64,000 nucleotides of DNA from Candidatus Saccharibacteria bacterium UBA2866 (GCA_002350545.1 DEEY01000002.1:38166-102165); one strand, 5' to 3'; counted from the stretch's first letter, positions 47,613 through 56,909 are shown. Made by a program: numbers and translations. The notes: generated by a model from the letters alone, not told the origin.

Positions 47613-48627
47613 TTCGTATCAACTCCTGCACGAGATCATCGATATCGCCGTCCATCACCGCTGGGATATTTGACCGGGAATAGTGAATCCGATGGTCGGT
47701 CACCCGGTCTTGCGGAAAATTATAGGTTCGGATTTTTTCGCTTCTATCTCCGGTGCCAATCAGGGATTTTCGCGCTTCTGAAGCGTTCTTACGCTCTTCT
47801 TCTTTCTTCTTCTCAAGCAACCTTGTCCGTAAAACGTTCATTGCCTTAACGCGGTTTTGTTGCTGCGAGCGCTCATCTTGCATTGCCACGACAATTCCAG
47901 TAGGGAGGTGTGTAATTCGCACTGCTGAATCGGTCGTATTCACCCCCTGACCGCCATGTCCACCTGAACGGTAGATGTCGATTCTGAGATCCTCTGGCTT
48001 AATTTCCAAATCTTTTTCCGATGCTTCAGGGAGCACAGCCACCGTCACCGTAGAAGTATGAATTCGCCCTTGAGATTCAGTTACCGGTACCCTCTGTACT
48101 CGGTGCACGCCACCTTCAAACTTGAGTTGTCCATAAGCCTCCTCACCAGAAATCTTAAAGATCACCTCTTTCATCCCACCAGCTTCATTCTGATTCTCGG
48201 AGATTAATTCAAATTTCAGCCCATGTCTTTCAGCATATTTCATATATAAACGATATAGCTCTGCCGCAAAAAGCGATGCCTCATCACCACCAGCTCCTGC
48301 CCGGATTTCAAAAATCGCTGGCTTATCATCTTCAGGGTTACGTGGGACCAATAATTCCTCCATTTTTTCTTCGGCGACTTTGAGCTCATTTTTTAATTTT
48401 TCTGAGTCTTCTTTTGCAATCTCACCAAGCTCCGGGTCATTTAACAGGGAATTAGCCTCCTCCAAATTAGCTTTCAGGCGTTCAATTTTTTTATTCAAAT
48501 CCAAAATCTCACGCAAAGTATTAGCGCGCTTTGATTTAGCTGCGAACTCCGAATCCGCATAAGCATCAGGCTGAGCCAAAAAATCCTCAATCTGCCTTAG
48601 CTCCTCTTTAAAATTCTCTAAATCCAT
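47590..48627 (-). CDS. prfA: Peptide chain release factor 1
   Basis: VQRVPVTES (PxT), [12 protein letters not shown]. Confidence 0.96.
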   Translation of the reverse strand: MDLENFKEELRQIEDFLAQPDAYADSEFAAKSKRANTLREILDLNKKIERLKANLEEANSLLNDPELGEIAKEDSEKLKNELKVAEEKMEELLVPRNPEDDKPAIFEIRAGAGGDEASLFAAELYRLYMKYAERHGLKFELISENQNEAGGMKEVIFKISGEEAYGQLKFEGGVHRVQRVPVTESQGRIHTSTVTVAVLPEASEKDLEIKPEDLRIDIYRSGGHGGQGVNTTDSAVRITHLPTGIVVAMQDERSQQQNRVKAMNVLRTRLLEKKKEEERKNASEARKSLIGTGDRSEKIRTYNFPQDRVTDHRIHYSRSNIPAVMDGDIDDLVQELIRNERELAK

Positions 48628-48650
48628 GTTATAATTATAACACACTAAAT

Positions 48651-48727
48651 GGGGATTTAGCTCAGCTGGCTAGAGCGTACGATTCACATTCGTAAGGTCA
48701 CAGGTTCAAGCCCTGTAATCCCCACCA
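48651..48727 (+). tRNA. tRNA-Val(CAC)
   Basis: GGGGATT...AATCCCC-A-CCA; anticodon loop TT-CAC-AT. Confidence 0.95.
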
Positions 48728-48744
48728 CGGAGTAAGATTTAGGG

Positions 48745-48881
48745 GGAAACAATAGCAAAAGAAATAAGCCGTTAGGCTTATTTTTAATTTGGGATTGGTA
48801 CCGGACAGAATGGATTCATCCATTCTGGTCGTGTACCGACCCAAATTAAAATAGCTCTGCTATTCTTTTGCTATTGTTTCC
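48745..48881. repeat. Palindromic element after tRNA-Val(CAC)
   Basis: Perfect 19-bp arms GGAAACAATAGCAAAAGAA / TTCTTTTGCTATTGTTTCC enclosing two hairpin domains. Confidence 0.85.
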
Positions 48882-48951
48882 AAAACGCCCGACAGTGGTC
48901 CCGTTTACGCGGACCACAGCTTATGGTATATTTAGGTAAATAGGAGAAAAG

Positions 48952-49377
48952 ATGAACATATATCTCGATATTGACGGAGTGCTAAGAGGAGCAGCCTCGC
49001 CAGTTGAAGACGTGGCAAATTTTCTCAACTATGTTATTGATAATTATCCAGACTCCACCTACTGGCTCACTACTCATTGCCGATAAGGCTACAATCACAC
49101 AAAAGAAGCCCTCCTCGATTCCGAACTCCCAAGAGAGCTTGTCGAAAATGCCAGCAAAGTTATCAAACCCACCGATTTCGGCGTCCTCAAAACCGAGGGA
49201 ATTGACTTCGCTAAACCTTTCATTTGGCTAGACGACAACCTCTTTGAAAGCGAGCAAAAAGTGCTAGAAGAACATGATTGTCTTTCTAGTCACTACCTCA
49301 TGAATCCTCGCGACCCCGAAATGGCCCAAAAAGCCCTAACATTGCTTAAATCCCTCAAGCATAGCCACAGTGATTAG
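48952..49377 (+). pseudogene. HAD-superfamily protein interrupted by an in-frame TAA at 49084
   Basis: SD AGGAG; IYLDIDGVL motif I, YWLTTHCR*G, FIWLDD motif IV in the same frame. Confidence 0.8.
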
Positions 49378-49386
49378 GCCTTTAGC

Positions 49387-49415
49387 TTGCATTATTTATC
49401 AATAAATGCTACAAT
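49387..49415 (+). promoter_or_regulatory. sigma70 promoter of the candidate sRNA
   Basis: TTGCAT-17 bp-TACAAT; spacer partly palindromic. Confidence 0.7.
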
Positions 49416-49420
49416 CAAAA

Positions 49421-49490
49421 CATAAGAAAAGCGCTCCATGAAACGCTTTTCGGGGTTGTTGTCTAGTCGGTCTTACCGACTAGATTTTTT
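49421..49490 (+). ncRNA. Candidate ~70-nt antisense sRNA
   Basis: Own promoter; hairpin GAAAAGCG/CGCTTTTC; terminator TCTAGTCGG/CCGACTAGA followed by T6. Confidence 0.5.
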
Positions 49491-49550
49491 GCTGTGATGG
49501 TTTTTACGCTTTTTCAGGACGATTCGTAAGAGATTAATCTCTACGGTCAT
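49473..49550 (-). CDS. Unannotated 25-aa basic peptide MTVEINLLRIVLKKRKNHHSKKSSR
   Basis: SD AAAGGAGG 5 nt before ATG; below the length cutoff of the ORF track. Confidence 0.5.
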   Translation of the reverse strand: MTVEINLLRIVLKKRKNHHSKKSSR

Positions 49551-49722
49551 TTAATCCTCCTTTCTGGCAACCTGGTTTACATGGAATGCCGTTTAATGAT
49601 TGCCTCACGCTACACAAGCTAACATCTTGCGCTTGTGGTCACTTCGGTCAAATCAACCACTAAACTCCACAGCCAACCCGCCATCAAGGTAACACAGTAT
49701 AAACCTAAAAGCAACCCCCCAC

Positions 49723-49751
49723 TTGCATTTCTTCGTACCACAGAGTATACT
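49723..49751 (+). promoter_or_regulatory. sigma70 promoter of the FNT gene
   Basis: TTGCAT-17 bp-TATACT. Confidence 0.75.
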
Positions 49752-49772
49752 TAACCAAACAAGAGGAGGAAT

Positions 49773-50561
49773 ATGCTAACACCATCAGAAATAGCTATAA
49801 AAACTATCGAAACAGGGAAAACTAAAGCTAACCTACCTTGGTGGAAGATGATTTTACTTGGCATTTTTGCTGGTATGTTTATCGCCTCTGCTGGCGTTGG
49901 CGCCACCTTTGGCAATGTCTATGGCGGCAAAATCGCCGGTGCCTGTATCTTTACTGCTGGTCTCGCCATGGTAGTAGTGGCCGGAAGCGAATTATTCACC
50001 GGCAATAACCTCATGGTTATGGCGCTATTTAATCGCAAAATAAAACTTCACCAACTTCTCAAAAACTGGCTTTTGGTCTTCCTAGGTAATTTTATCGGAG
50101 CATTATTCGTCGCCGTTGTAACAGTAATCAGTGGTGCTTTTGACCAAATGCCAGATACTGTGGTTGCTACCGCAAACGCCAAGGTAAACCTCGGATTCTT
50201 TGAAGCACTCCTTAAGGGTATTATGTGTAACTTTCTCGTGTGTATTGCAGTCTGGATGGCTACTGCCGCGAGCACTGTCACTGGCAAAATCGCCGCTGTA
50301 TTTCTACCCATTATGCTCTTCGTTCTCTGTGGCTTCGAACACTCCATCGCCAACATGTTCTACATTCCAGCCGGCATGATTACCGGCGCAATCAACGGGA
50401 TCCCTGCGCCCACTATTACCGAGTTTCTCTTAAACAATCTCTTGCCCGTCACTATCGGTAACATCATCGGCGGCGCTATTCTGGTCGCTGGCGGCTACTA
50501 TCTCGCCTACCATCCATCAAAACCAAAATCCAAAGACAAAAACCAACCATCCATGTTATAA
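49773..50561 (+). CDS. Formate/nitrite transporter (FNT family)
   Basis: GSELFTGN, KGIMCNFLVC, GFEHSIANM, VTIGNIIGG. Confidence 0.93.
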   Translation: MLTPSEIAIKTIETGKTKANLPWWKMILLGIFAGMFIASAGVGATFGNVYGGKIAGACIFTAGLAMVVVAGSELFTGNNLMVMALFNRKIKLHQLLKNWLLVFLGNFIGALFVAVVTVISGAFDQMPDTVVATANAKVNLGFFEALLKGIMCNFLVCIAVWMATAASTVTGKIAAVFLPIMLFVLCGFEHSIANMFYIPAGMITGAINGIPAPTITEFLLNNLLPVTIGNIIGGAILVAGGYYLAYHPSKPKSKDKNQPSML

Positions 50562-50571
50562 TAAAAAGCAT

Positions 50572-51480
50572 ATGAATAAAAAAGTTGGTGGAGCGAAAGT
50601 AAAAATAATTATAGGCGGAATTTTGTTAGTTGGCGTTGTAGCTATAGCAACAGTACTGTTGACGATAGGAAAAAATAATGAGCGACCATCGGAAATTGGC
50701 ATAACTACCGCGGAAACTACTGAAACTGTCAAAACTCCTAAAAATACTGATAACGATAGCCAATCAGCAGGCGATTTATTTGCCGAACCAAAGGGTGTTT
50801 CCGAAACTACCAAACCGGAAAACCGCGCCCAATCCAAACGCAATCGTCAGCCGTCTAAAGAATCATCCAGACAAGCATCTACTCAGTCAACGGCCAACGA
50901 CTACCAAACCGACGGCTCAAGCCAATCTGCAAATTCAGAATCAGCAAATAATGATTCAAGCGATAACAATTACGCAGAAGCTGAAGAGGTTAGATCTCAG
51001 GAGGAGCTCGCAAGAATGCAAACACAAGGTCAAGCGATTAACCCTAGCAATAGCTACCACTGGAAAGATAACTGTCCGGCAGAAAACGAAAATCTTACTG
51101 CTCGCCCCATCAGCGGGTATCCTGCATGTCAATGCACTAGCTATGTAGCTTGGAAAACGCTTGAAACTTTTGGAATAACTCTTCCTAATTGGGGGAATGG
51201 GAACTTTTGGGACGCTGCGGCATCGGCCAATGGTTACTTAGTGAATAATACTCCTACAATCAACTCCATCGGCCAAATCAAAAATAGCAACTATGGGCAT
51301 CTATTCTGGGTAGAACAAGTTCTTCCAGACGGTTCCGTTATGATCACAGAATACAACAACCCGCTCTCTACTTATCAGCTCACAGGCGACAGTCACACAC
51401 AAGATTTTGGCGCAATGATTATCCCAGCGCAAGCAGCTGTAAACTACATATATATACACCCGAACCAACGAGTTTGGTAG
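50572..51480 (+). CDS. Membrane-anchored CHAP-domain peptidoglycan hydrolase
   Basis: TM, low-complexity linker, QCTSYV...WGNG..W...YGHL.WVE...ITEYN. Confidence 0.85.
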   Translation: MNKKVGGAKVKIIIGGILLVGVVAIATVLLTIGKNNERPSEIGITTAETTETVKTPKNTDNDSQSAGDLFAEPKGVSETTKPENRAQSKRNRQPSKESSRQASTQSTANDYQTDGSSQSANSESANNDSSDNNYAEAEEVRSQEELARMQTQGQAINPSNSYHWKDNCPAENENLTARPISGYPACQCTSYVAWKTLETFGITLPNWGNGNFWDAAASANGYLVNNTPTINSIGQIKNSNYGHLFWVEQVLPDGSVMITEYNNPLSTYQLTGDSHTQDFGAMIIPAQAAVNYIYIHPNQRVW

Positions 51481-51509
51481 CAGTCCATAAAGTGATATAA
51501 TATATATAA

Positions 51510-52205
51510 ATGTTAGAGTTAAAAAACATTTGCTACGAGGTCAAAGGTGGGTCTAGGGCAAAAATCCTAGACCATATTTCACTGCGCATTAAACCTGGCA
51601 GCTTCACCGTTATCACTGGCCCCAACGGCAGTGGCAAATCCACCCTCGCTGATATTATTATGGGTATCAAAACCCCCACGACTGGTAAAATTCTTCTCGA
51701 AGACAAAGACATCACAAATCAAAACATCACCAAGCGCGCTAAAGATATCGCCTACTCTTTCCAACAACCAGTTAAGTTTAAAGGCATCACTGTCTATGAT
51801 CTATTAAACATTGCCAGCGGAGAATTAATCGCACCCGAAGAAGCTGGCGAGCACTTAAAAAACGTTGGGCTAAACCCTGATGATTATCTTGCACGGGAAA
51901 TAAATGACAAGCTTTCCGGTGGGGAATTGAAGCGTATCGAAATCGCCTCCGTGCTCGCCCGCCCCGCTAAACTCTTCGTCTTTGACGAGCCCGAAGCCGG
52001 TATCGATCTCTGGAGTTTTGATAATCTCATCAAGGTTTTTAAAAAACTCAAAAAAGAGAAAAAAACTATCATCATTATTTCTCACCAAGAAAAGATTCTA
52101 AAACTCGCTGACGAAATTATCATCCTTGAAAAAGGAAAGATTAAATCAAAAGGTACTCCGAATACTCTTCTAAAGACCATCACAGGAGAAAATCATGGAG
52201 CTTAA
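51510..52205 (+). CDS. SufC-like ABC ATPase
   Basis: GPNGSGKST, LSGGELKRIEIA, DEPEAGIDL; coupled to a SufB-like gene. Confidence 0.85.
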   Translation: MLELKNICYEVKGGSRAKILDHISLRIKPGSFTVITGPNGSGKSTLADIIMGIKTPTTGKILLEDKDITNQNITKRAKDIAYSFQQPVKFKGITVYDLLNIASGELIAPEEAGEHLKNVGLNPDDYLAREINDKLSGGELKRIEIASVLARPAKLFVFDEPEAGIDLWSFDNLIKVFKKLKKEKKTIIIISHQEKILKLADEIIILEKGKIKSKGTPNTLLKTITGENHGA

Positions 52206-53133
52206 CGATTACGAAAAAGAAATCTTCTGCACTGTAGCCGGTACTACTAACGGTGATGATTTTGAGGTTCCAGCTGGTGCCTACAACTTCCGCGTCAACG
52301 GTAAATCTGTCGGTCGAAACTCTACTAAAAATATCGATGTAAAACCTAAAACCGACAAATCCGGCCTTGATATCACTATCAAGCCGGGTACCAAAAACGA
52401 GCAAGTTCATATACCCGTTGCCATTAGCGCCACCGGTATCAAGGAAGCGGTTTACAACGATTTTCATATTGGCGACAACTCTGAGGTCACCATTATCGCC
52501 GGTTGCGGCATTTATAATTGCGGTCCCACTGATTCAGTGCACGATGGCATCCATCGTTTTTACATTGGTAAAAATGCGAAAATTAAATATATCGAAAAGC
52601 ACTACGGTTTTGGTCCCGGCAGGGGAGGGAAGATTCTTAATCCTATCACCGAAGTCCACTTAAAGGAAAATTCCGAAGCTATTCTAGAACTCGAACAAAT
52701 CAAAGGTGTCGACTCCACTATTCGTAAAACCACCGCTGATTTGGACAAGAACACTAAACTCATCGTCAAAGAACGCTTATTCACTCACGGGCGCCAAACT
52801 GCCGAATCGGTTTACGAAGTGGTATTAAACGGCAAAAACTCCACTACCGACATCGCTTCTCGCTCCATCGCGCAAGATTTATCTAAACAAACCTTCAAGG
52901 CCACCATCATCGGCAACAACAAATGCCGTGGTCACTCCGAATGCGACGCTATCCTCATGGACGAAGCCGAAGTTCACGCTATTCCCGCCCTAGACGCTAA
53001 AACTAAAGATGCCGAACTAATTCACGAAGCCGCCATCGGCAAAATTGCTAGCGATCAAATCAAAAAACTAATGACGCTCGGCCTCACCAAAAAACAAGCT
53101 GAAAGTAAAATCATCAACGGCTTCCTTCGTTAA
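52195..53133 (+). CDS. SufB/SufD-family Fe-S scaffold (short form)
   Basis: Beta-helix character; GHSECDAIL and LIHEAAIGKI motifs. Confidence 0.85.
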   Translation: MELNDYEKEIFCTVAGTTNGDDFEVPAGAYNFRVNGKSVGRNSTKNIDVKPKTDKSGLDITIKPGTKNEQVHIPVAISATGIKEAVYNDFHIGDNSEVTIIAGCGIYNCGPTDSVHDGIHRFYIGKNAKIKYIEKHYGFGPGRGGKILNPITEVHLKENSEAILELEQIKGVDSTIRKTTADLDKNTKLIVKERLFTHGRQTAESVYEVVLNGKNSTTDIASRSIAQDLSKQTFKATIIGNNKCRGHSECDAILMDEAEVHAIPALDAKTKDAELIHEAAIGKIASDQIKKLMTLGLTKKQAESKIINGFLR

Positions 53134-53161
53134 AAAATTTAAAAATTAAGCATAAAAAGTC

Positions 53162-53215
53162 TTGCAATTCCATATTTAGTGTTATATACTAGATAACAGA
53201 CACCAAATATAGCGT
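53162..53215 (+). promoter_or_regulatory. nrdD promoter with tandem NrdR boxes
   Basis: TTGCAA-17-TATACT; ATTCCATATTTAGTGT (53167-53182) and ACACCAAATATAGCGT (53200-53215). Confidence 0.7.
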
Positions 53216-53262
53216 TTGGGACAATCAAGCACATAAAAATTGAACAACTAAAAGGAGGTAAA

Positions 53263-55458
53263 ATGTTCAAGAGAATCGTCAAGAGAGACGGAAAAATCGT
53301 AAAATTTGATCCTGAGAAAATCACCGAAGCCATTGCTAAGGCTGGTCTTGCTACCGAAGAGTTTAAATATGATCGCGCTAAGGCCCTGACTGATAAAGTT
53401 ATTGCTCGCGCTGATGAGAAAATCACTGCTCGTACCCCAAACGTTGAACAAATCCAGGACATCGTAGAAGAAGTTTTGATGGAATCTAGCTTCAAAAAGA
53501 CTGCTCGTGAATATATTCGCTATCGTCAGGAGCGTTCACGCCGCCGCGAAGCCAAATCTGATCTCATGATGGTATACCGTACCATTAGTCATGCTGATGC
53601 CTCCGAAGACTCTGATGTCAAGCGTTCTAACGCTAACGTTGACGGTAACTCCGCCATGGGTAAAATGCTTCAATTTGGCGCCGAAGGCTCTAAGGTTTTC
53701 GCGAAATCATTGTTGCTCCGTCCTGACATTGCTGCCGCACATGATAATGGTGATATCCATATTCATGACCTAGACTTTTATGCTACTGGTACATTGACTT
53801 GTTGTCAATCTGATCCATTTGTAATGTTTGAAAACGGTGGCTTTAACACTGGTCATGGCCACTTAAGGACTCCGAATTCCATTGGTTCTTATGGCGCATT
53901 AGCGGCCATCCTTCTTCAAGCCAACCAAAACGAGCAACACGGTGGTCAGTCCATCCCTAACTTTGATTATGCTATGGCCCCAGGCGTCAATAAATCATTT
54001 AGAAAAGCCCTGAAACGTAACCTCAAAAAATATAACAAGTTCACCGGTAAGAAACTCGACCTTGAGATTAAAGATACTTATGAATACGGCAACGATGATA
54101 AACTGAAAAAAGCTAAATGGCCAAAGGAGATCATCGAGGCGTCTAACGAGGACGTCGAACGTGAAACCCTTCAAGCTATGGAAGGTTTCGTCCATAATCT
54201 TAATACCATGCACTCTCGCGCCGGTGCCCAAGTACCATTTACTAGTATTAACTTTGGTACTGATACTAGCCCAGCTGGTCGCTTAGTTTCAAAGTACCTG
54301 CTTGAAGCTACGGCTAATGGTCTAGGCAAAGGCGAAACGCCAATCTTCCCAATTAGCATTTTCAAGGTCAAAGAAGGCGTTAATTATAATCCGGAAGATC
54401 CTAACTACGACCTCTTTAAACGCTCTATGGAAGTATCTGCTAAGCGCTTGTTCCCGAACTTCTGTTTTATCGATGCTCCGTATAACCTCAAATATTACAA
54501 AAAAGGTGATTATCGTACTGAGATTGCTACCATGGGCTGCCGTACTCGTGTCTTCGCCAGTATCTTCCCAGAATCTGACGGCATCGTTACCGGTCGTGGT
54601 AATTTGTCATTTACCACTATCAACCTCGTCCGCATCGGCATCAAGCATGGCATCTGTCTCGGCGAGCGCAAAGAAGCCGACTGGGACGGTTTCTACAAAG
54701 AACTCGACGAGAAAATGGACCTCGTGAAAGACGAGCTCCTCGAGCGCTTCGAATTCCAAGCCAACCAACACGTTCGCAACTTCCCATTCCTCATGGGGCA
54801 AGGGAACTGGTTCGGCTCCGAGAAACTTGGTTGGAACGACACTCTTCGCGATGTCATCAAGCATGGTACCTTATCGATTGGCTTCATTGGCCTTGCTGAA
54901 ACTCTCGTAGCTATGACCGGCAAACATCACGGTGAAGACGAAGATTCGCGCGAACTTGGCCTTGATATCATCACTTTCATGCGCGAAAAATGTGATAGTT
55001 ACAGCAAAAAATACAAACTCAATTTCAGCCTTCTTGCCACTCCAGCCGAAGGTATTGCCGGCCGCTTTACCAAGATTGATCGCAAAGAATTTGGTAAAAT
55101 CAAAGGCGTTACTGATAGGGAATTTTACACCAATTCCTTCCACGTACCAGTTTACTACCCAATTAGTGCGTTCGAGAAAATCGAAATCGAAGCCCCTTAT
55201 CATAATCTTTGCAACGCCGGCCACATTACCTACATCGAATTAGACGGCGATCCATCCCAGAATATCGCTGCCTTCGAAGCTGTCATCCGTAAAATGCACG
55301 ACGAAGGTATCGGTTACGGCTCCGTCAACCACCCAGTTGATCGCGATCCAGTCTGTGGCTTCTCCGGTATTATTACTGGCGAACGTTGCCCACACTGTGG
55401 TCGCCTTGAAGGGGATGTCCCATTCGAAAAAGTTTGTAACTGCGCGAAAGGTAACTAG
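53263..55458 (+). CDS. nrdD: Class III anaerobic ribonucleotide reductase lacking the C-terminal glycyl-radical motif
   Basis: ATP-cone, HIHDLD, QVPFTSIN, TMGCR, ATPAEG, C-terminal CxxC; no RxxGY(L/I). Confidence 0.88.
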   Translation: MFKRIVKRDGKIVKFDPEKITEAIAKAGLATEEFKYDRAKALTDKVIARADEKITARTPNVEQIQDIVEEVLMESSFKKTAREYIRYRQERSRRREAKSDLMMVYRTISHADASEDSDVKRSNANVDGNSAMGKMLQFGAEGSKVFAKSLLLRPDIAAAHDNGDIHIHDLDFYATGTLTCCQSDPFVMFENGGFNTGHGHLRTPNSIGSYGALAAILLQANQNEQHGGQSIPNFDYAMAPGVNKSFRKALKRNLKKYNKFTGKKLDLEIKDTYEYGNDDKLKKAKWPKEIIEASNEDVERETLQAMEGFVHNLNTMHSRAGAQVPFTSINFGTDTSPAGRLVSKYLLEATANGLGKGETPIFPISIFKVKEGVNYNPEDPNYDLFKRSMEVSAKRLFPNFCFIDAPYNLKYYKKGDYRTEIATMGCRTRVFASIFPESDGIVTGRGNLSFTTINLVRIGIKHGICLGERKEADWDGFYKELDEKMDLVKDELLERFEFQANQHVRNFPFLMGQGNWFGSEKLGWNDTLRDVIKHGTLSIGFIGLAETLVAMTGKHHGEDEDSRELGLDIITFMREKCDSYSKKYKLNFSLLATPAEGIAGRFTKIDRKEFGKIKGVTDREFYTNSFHVPVYYPISAFEKIEIEAPYHNLCNAGHITYIELDGDPSQNIAAFEAVIRKMHDEGIGYGSVNHPVDRDPVCGFSGIITGERCPHCGRLEGDVPFEKVCNCAKGN

Positions 55459-56006
55459 TGGACTATCATAAAATTTCACTAGAAAAAATATCAAGGCAGC
55501 TTGAGACACCAGCCGGCTATATCCGGCTGAGTGCCCCTCTAGAACACGACAACATCGTTAACGGCGATGGCCTTCGCGCGGTTCTTTGGACTCAAGGATG
55601 CCCAAATCATTGTCCCGGCTGTCAAAACCCCGAAACTTGGGATTATGAAGCTGGCTATCTTGTCAAAATCGACGACATCAAAGAAGAGCTTAAAAAATTC
55701 AAGGGTCAAGCTGGGCTCACCTTCTGTGGTGGGGAGCCCTTTGTTCAGGCTAAGGCCTGTAAAGAAATCGCTGATTGGTGCCGTAAAGAATTAAACTGGA
55801 ATGTTTGGAGTTTTTCTGGTTTTACCTATGAAATTATTAAAGAATATGGTAAAGCACCCTGGGAATTCCTTAAATCTCTTGACGCTTTAATCGATGGACC
55901 GTTCATTTTGTCTCAGCGTGATTTAAGTCTCAAATACCGCGGTTCTAAAAACCAACGTCTCTTACACCTGGAGCAGGGAAATGGGAATATTCTATCAACC
56001 GAATAA
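55458..56006 (+). CDS. nrdG: Class III RNR activase (radical SAM)
   Basis: GCPNHCPGC (CxxxCxxC), GGEP, YRGSKNQR. Confidence 0.93.
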   Translation: MDYHKISLEKISRQLETPAGYIRLSAPLEHDNIVNGDGLRAVLWTQGCPNHCPGCQNPETWDYEAGYLVKIDDIKEELKKFKGQAGLTFCGGEPFVQAKACKEIADWCRKELNWNVWSFSGFTYEIIKEYGKAPWEFLKSLDALIDGPFILSQRDLSLKYRGSKNQRLLHLEQGNGNILSTE

Positions 56007-56041
56007 TTTCTGATATAATATAGTCAAACGTGGAGGATTAT

Positions 56042-56902
56042 ATGGAAAACGAAACCAACAATGCATTTACTATCATGCCAATGAACCAAGAAATTTCTTT
56101 GTCGCCTGGCGAGGTTTATGAAGGGTCAATCAAAATCATCAACCCATCTTCTGCTACCGAAAACTTTGCTTACCGAGCTAGCGTTACACCTTATAGCGTA
56201 GGAGGTGAAGAATACACCGCTGACTTGCTTAGTGAATCTGACCGCACGGCTATTTCTAAATGGATTGAAATAGCTGAACCAACCGGCGAAGTTGCGCCTA
56301 ACGAATCAAAAGAAATCAAGTTTAGAATAACTGTTCCCGACAATGCTCCAGCCGGTGGCCAATATGCCACTATTGCCGTTTCATCCAATAAGGATGTAGC
56401 AAACACTAATGGCGTTTCCGTCCAAAATGTCTTCGAAATAGCCAGCATTATTTATGCTAAAGTAGCCGGCGAAACCGTCCATGATGGTGAAGTGCTGGAA
56501 AATAACGTCCCAGCTTTTGTATTCGTCAAACCAGTTAAACTTACTGCCCTCATTTCGAACAGCGGCAATGTCCACGAAACTGCTACTATCACAATTGCCG
56601 TGACCGATGTTTTCACTGGCAGGGTAATTTTACCAACCGAAGAAAACGCGGGTCAATATTCCGAAGTCATCATGCCTGAGACCACTCACTACATAGAACG
56701 CGAAGTCAGTGATTTACCTGAACTTGGCATTGTAAAAGTTTCTCAAACCATTGACTACAATGGGCAAGTGTCTACCATCGAAAAACAAATCTTTATTTGT
56801 CCAATTTGGTTTATAGTACTAGTCATGATTACTATCGCCACAATCATTACAGCAATTGCCCTAGTTGTTAAGAAACATCGTCACGGCAAAGTTGTTGTAT
56901 AA
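56042..56902 (+). CDS. Ig-like surface protein with a C-terminal TM (DUF916-like)
   Basis: VPDNAPAGGQYA motif, beta-rich body, C-terminal TM followed by basic residues; SD GGAGG. Confidence 0.6.
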   Translation: MENETNNAFTIMPMNQEISLSPGEVYEGSIKIINPSSATENFAYRASVTPYSVGGEEYTADLLSESDRTAISKWIEIAEPTGEVAPNESKEIKFRITVPDNAPAGGQYATIAVSSNKDVANTNGVSVQNVFEIASIIYAKVAGETVHDGEVLENNVPAFVFVKPVKLTALISNSGNVHETATITIAVTDVFTGRVILPTEENAGQYSEVIMPETTHYIEREVSDLPELGIVKVSQTIDYNGQVSTIEKQIFICPIWFIVLVMITIATIITAIALVVKKHRHGKVVV

Positions 56903-56909
56903 TAGATAT

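Noticed and set aside
48952-49377. Stop-codon reassignment explaining the broken HAD gene
   Set aside because: The interrupting codon is TAA, which ends many genes here, and TGA also acts as a stop (xer), consistent with code 11.
55420-55475. Programmed frameshift restoring the NrdD glycyl-radical motif
   Set aside because: One alternative frame stops at once. The other reads ...RKVTSGLS* without the GY motif.
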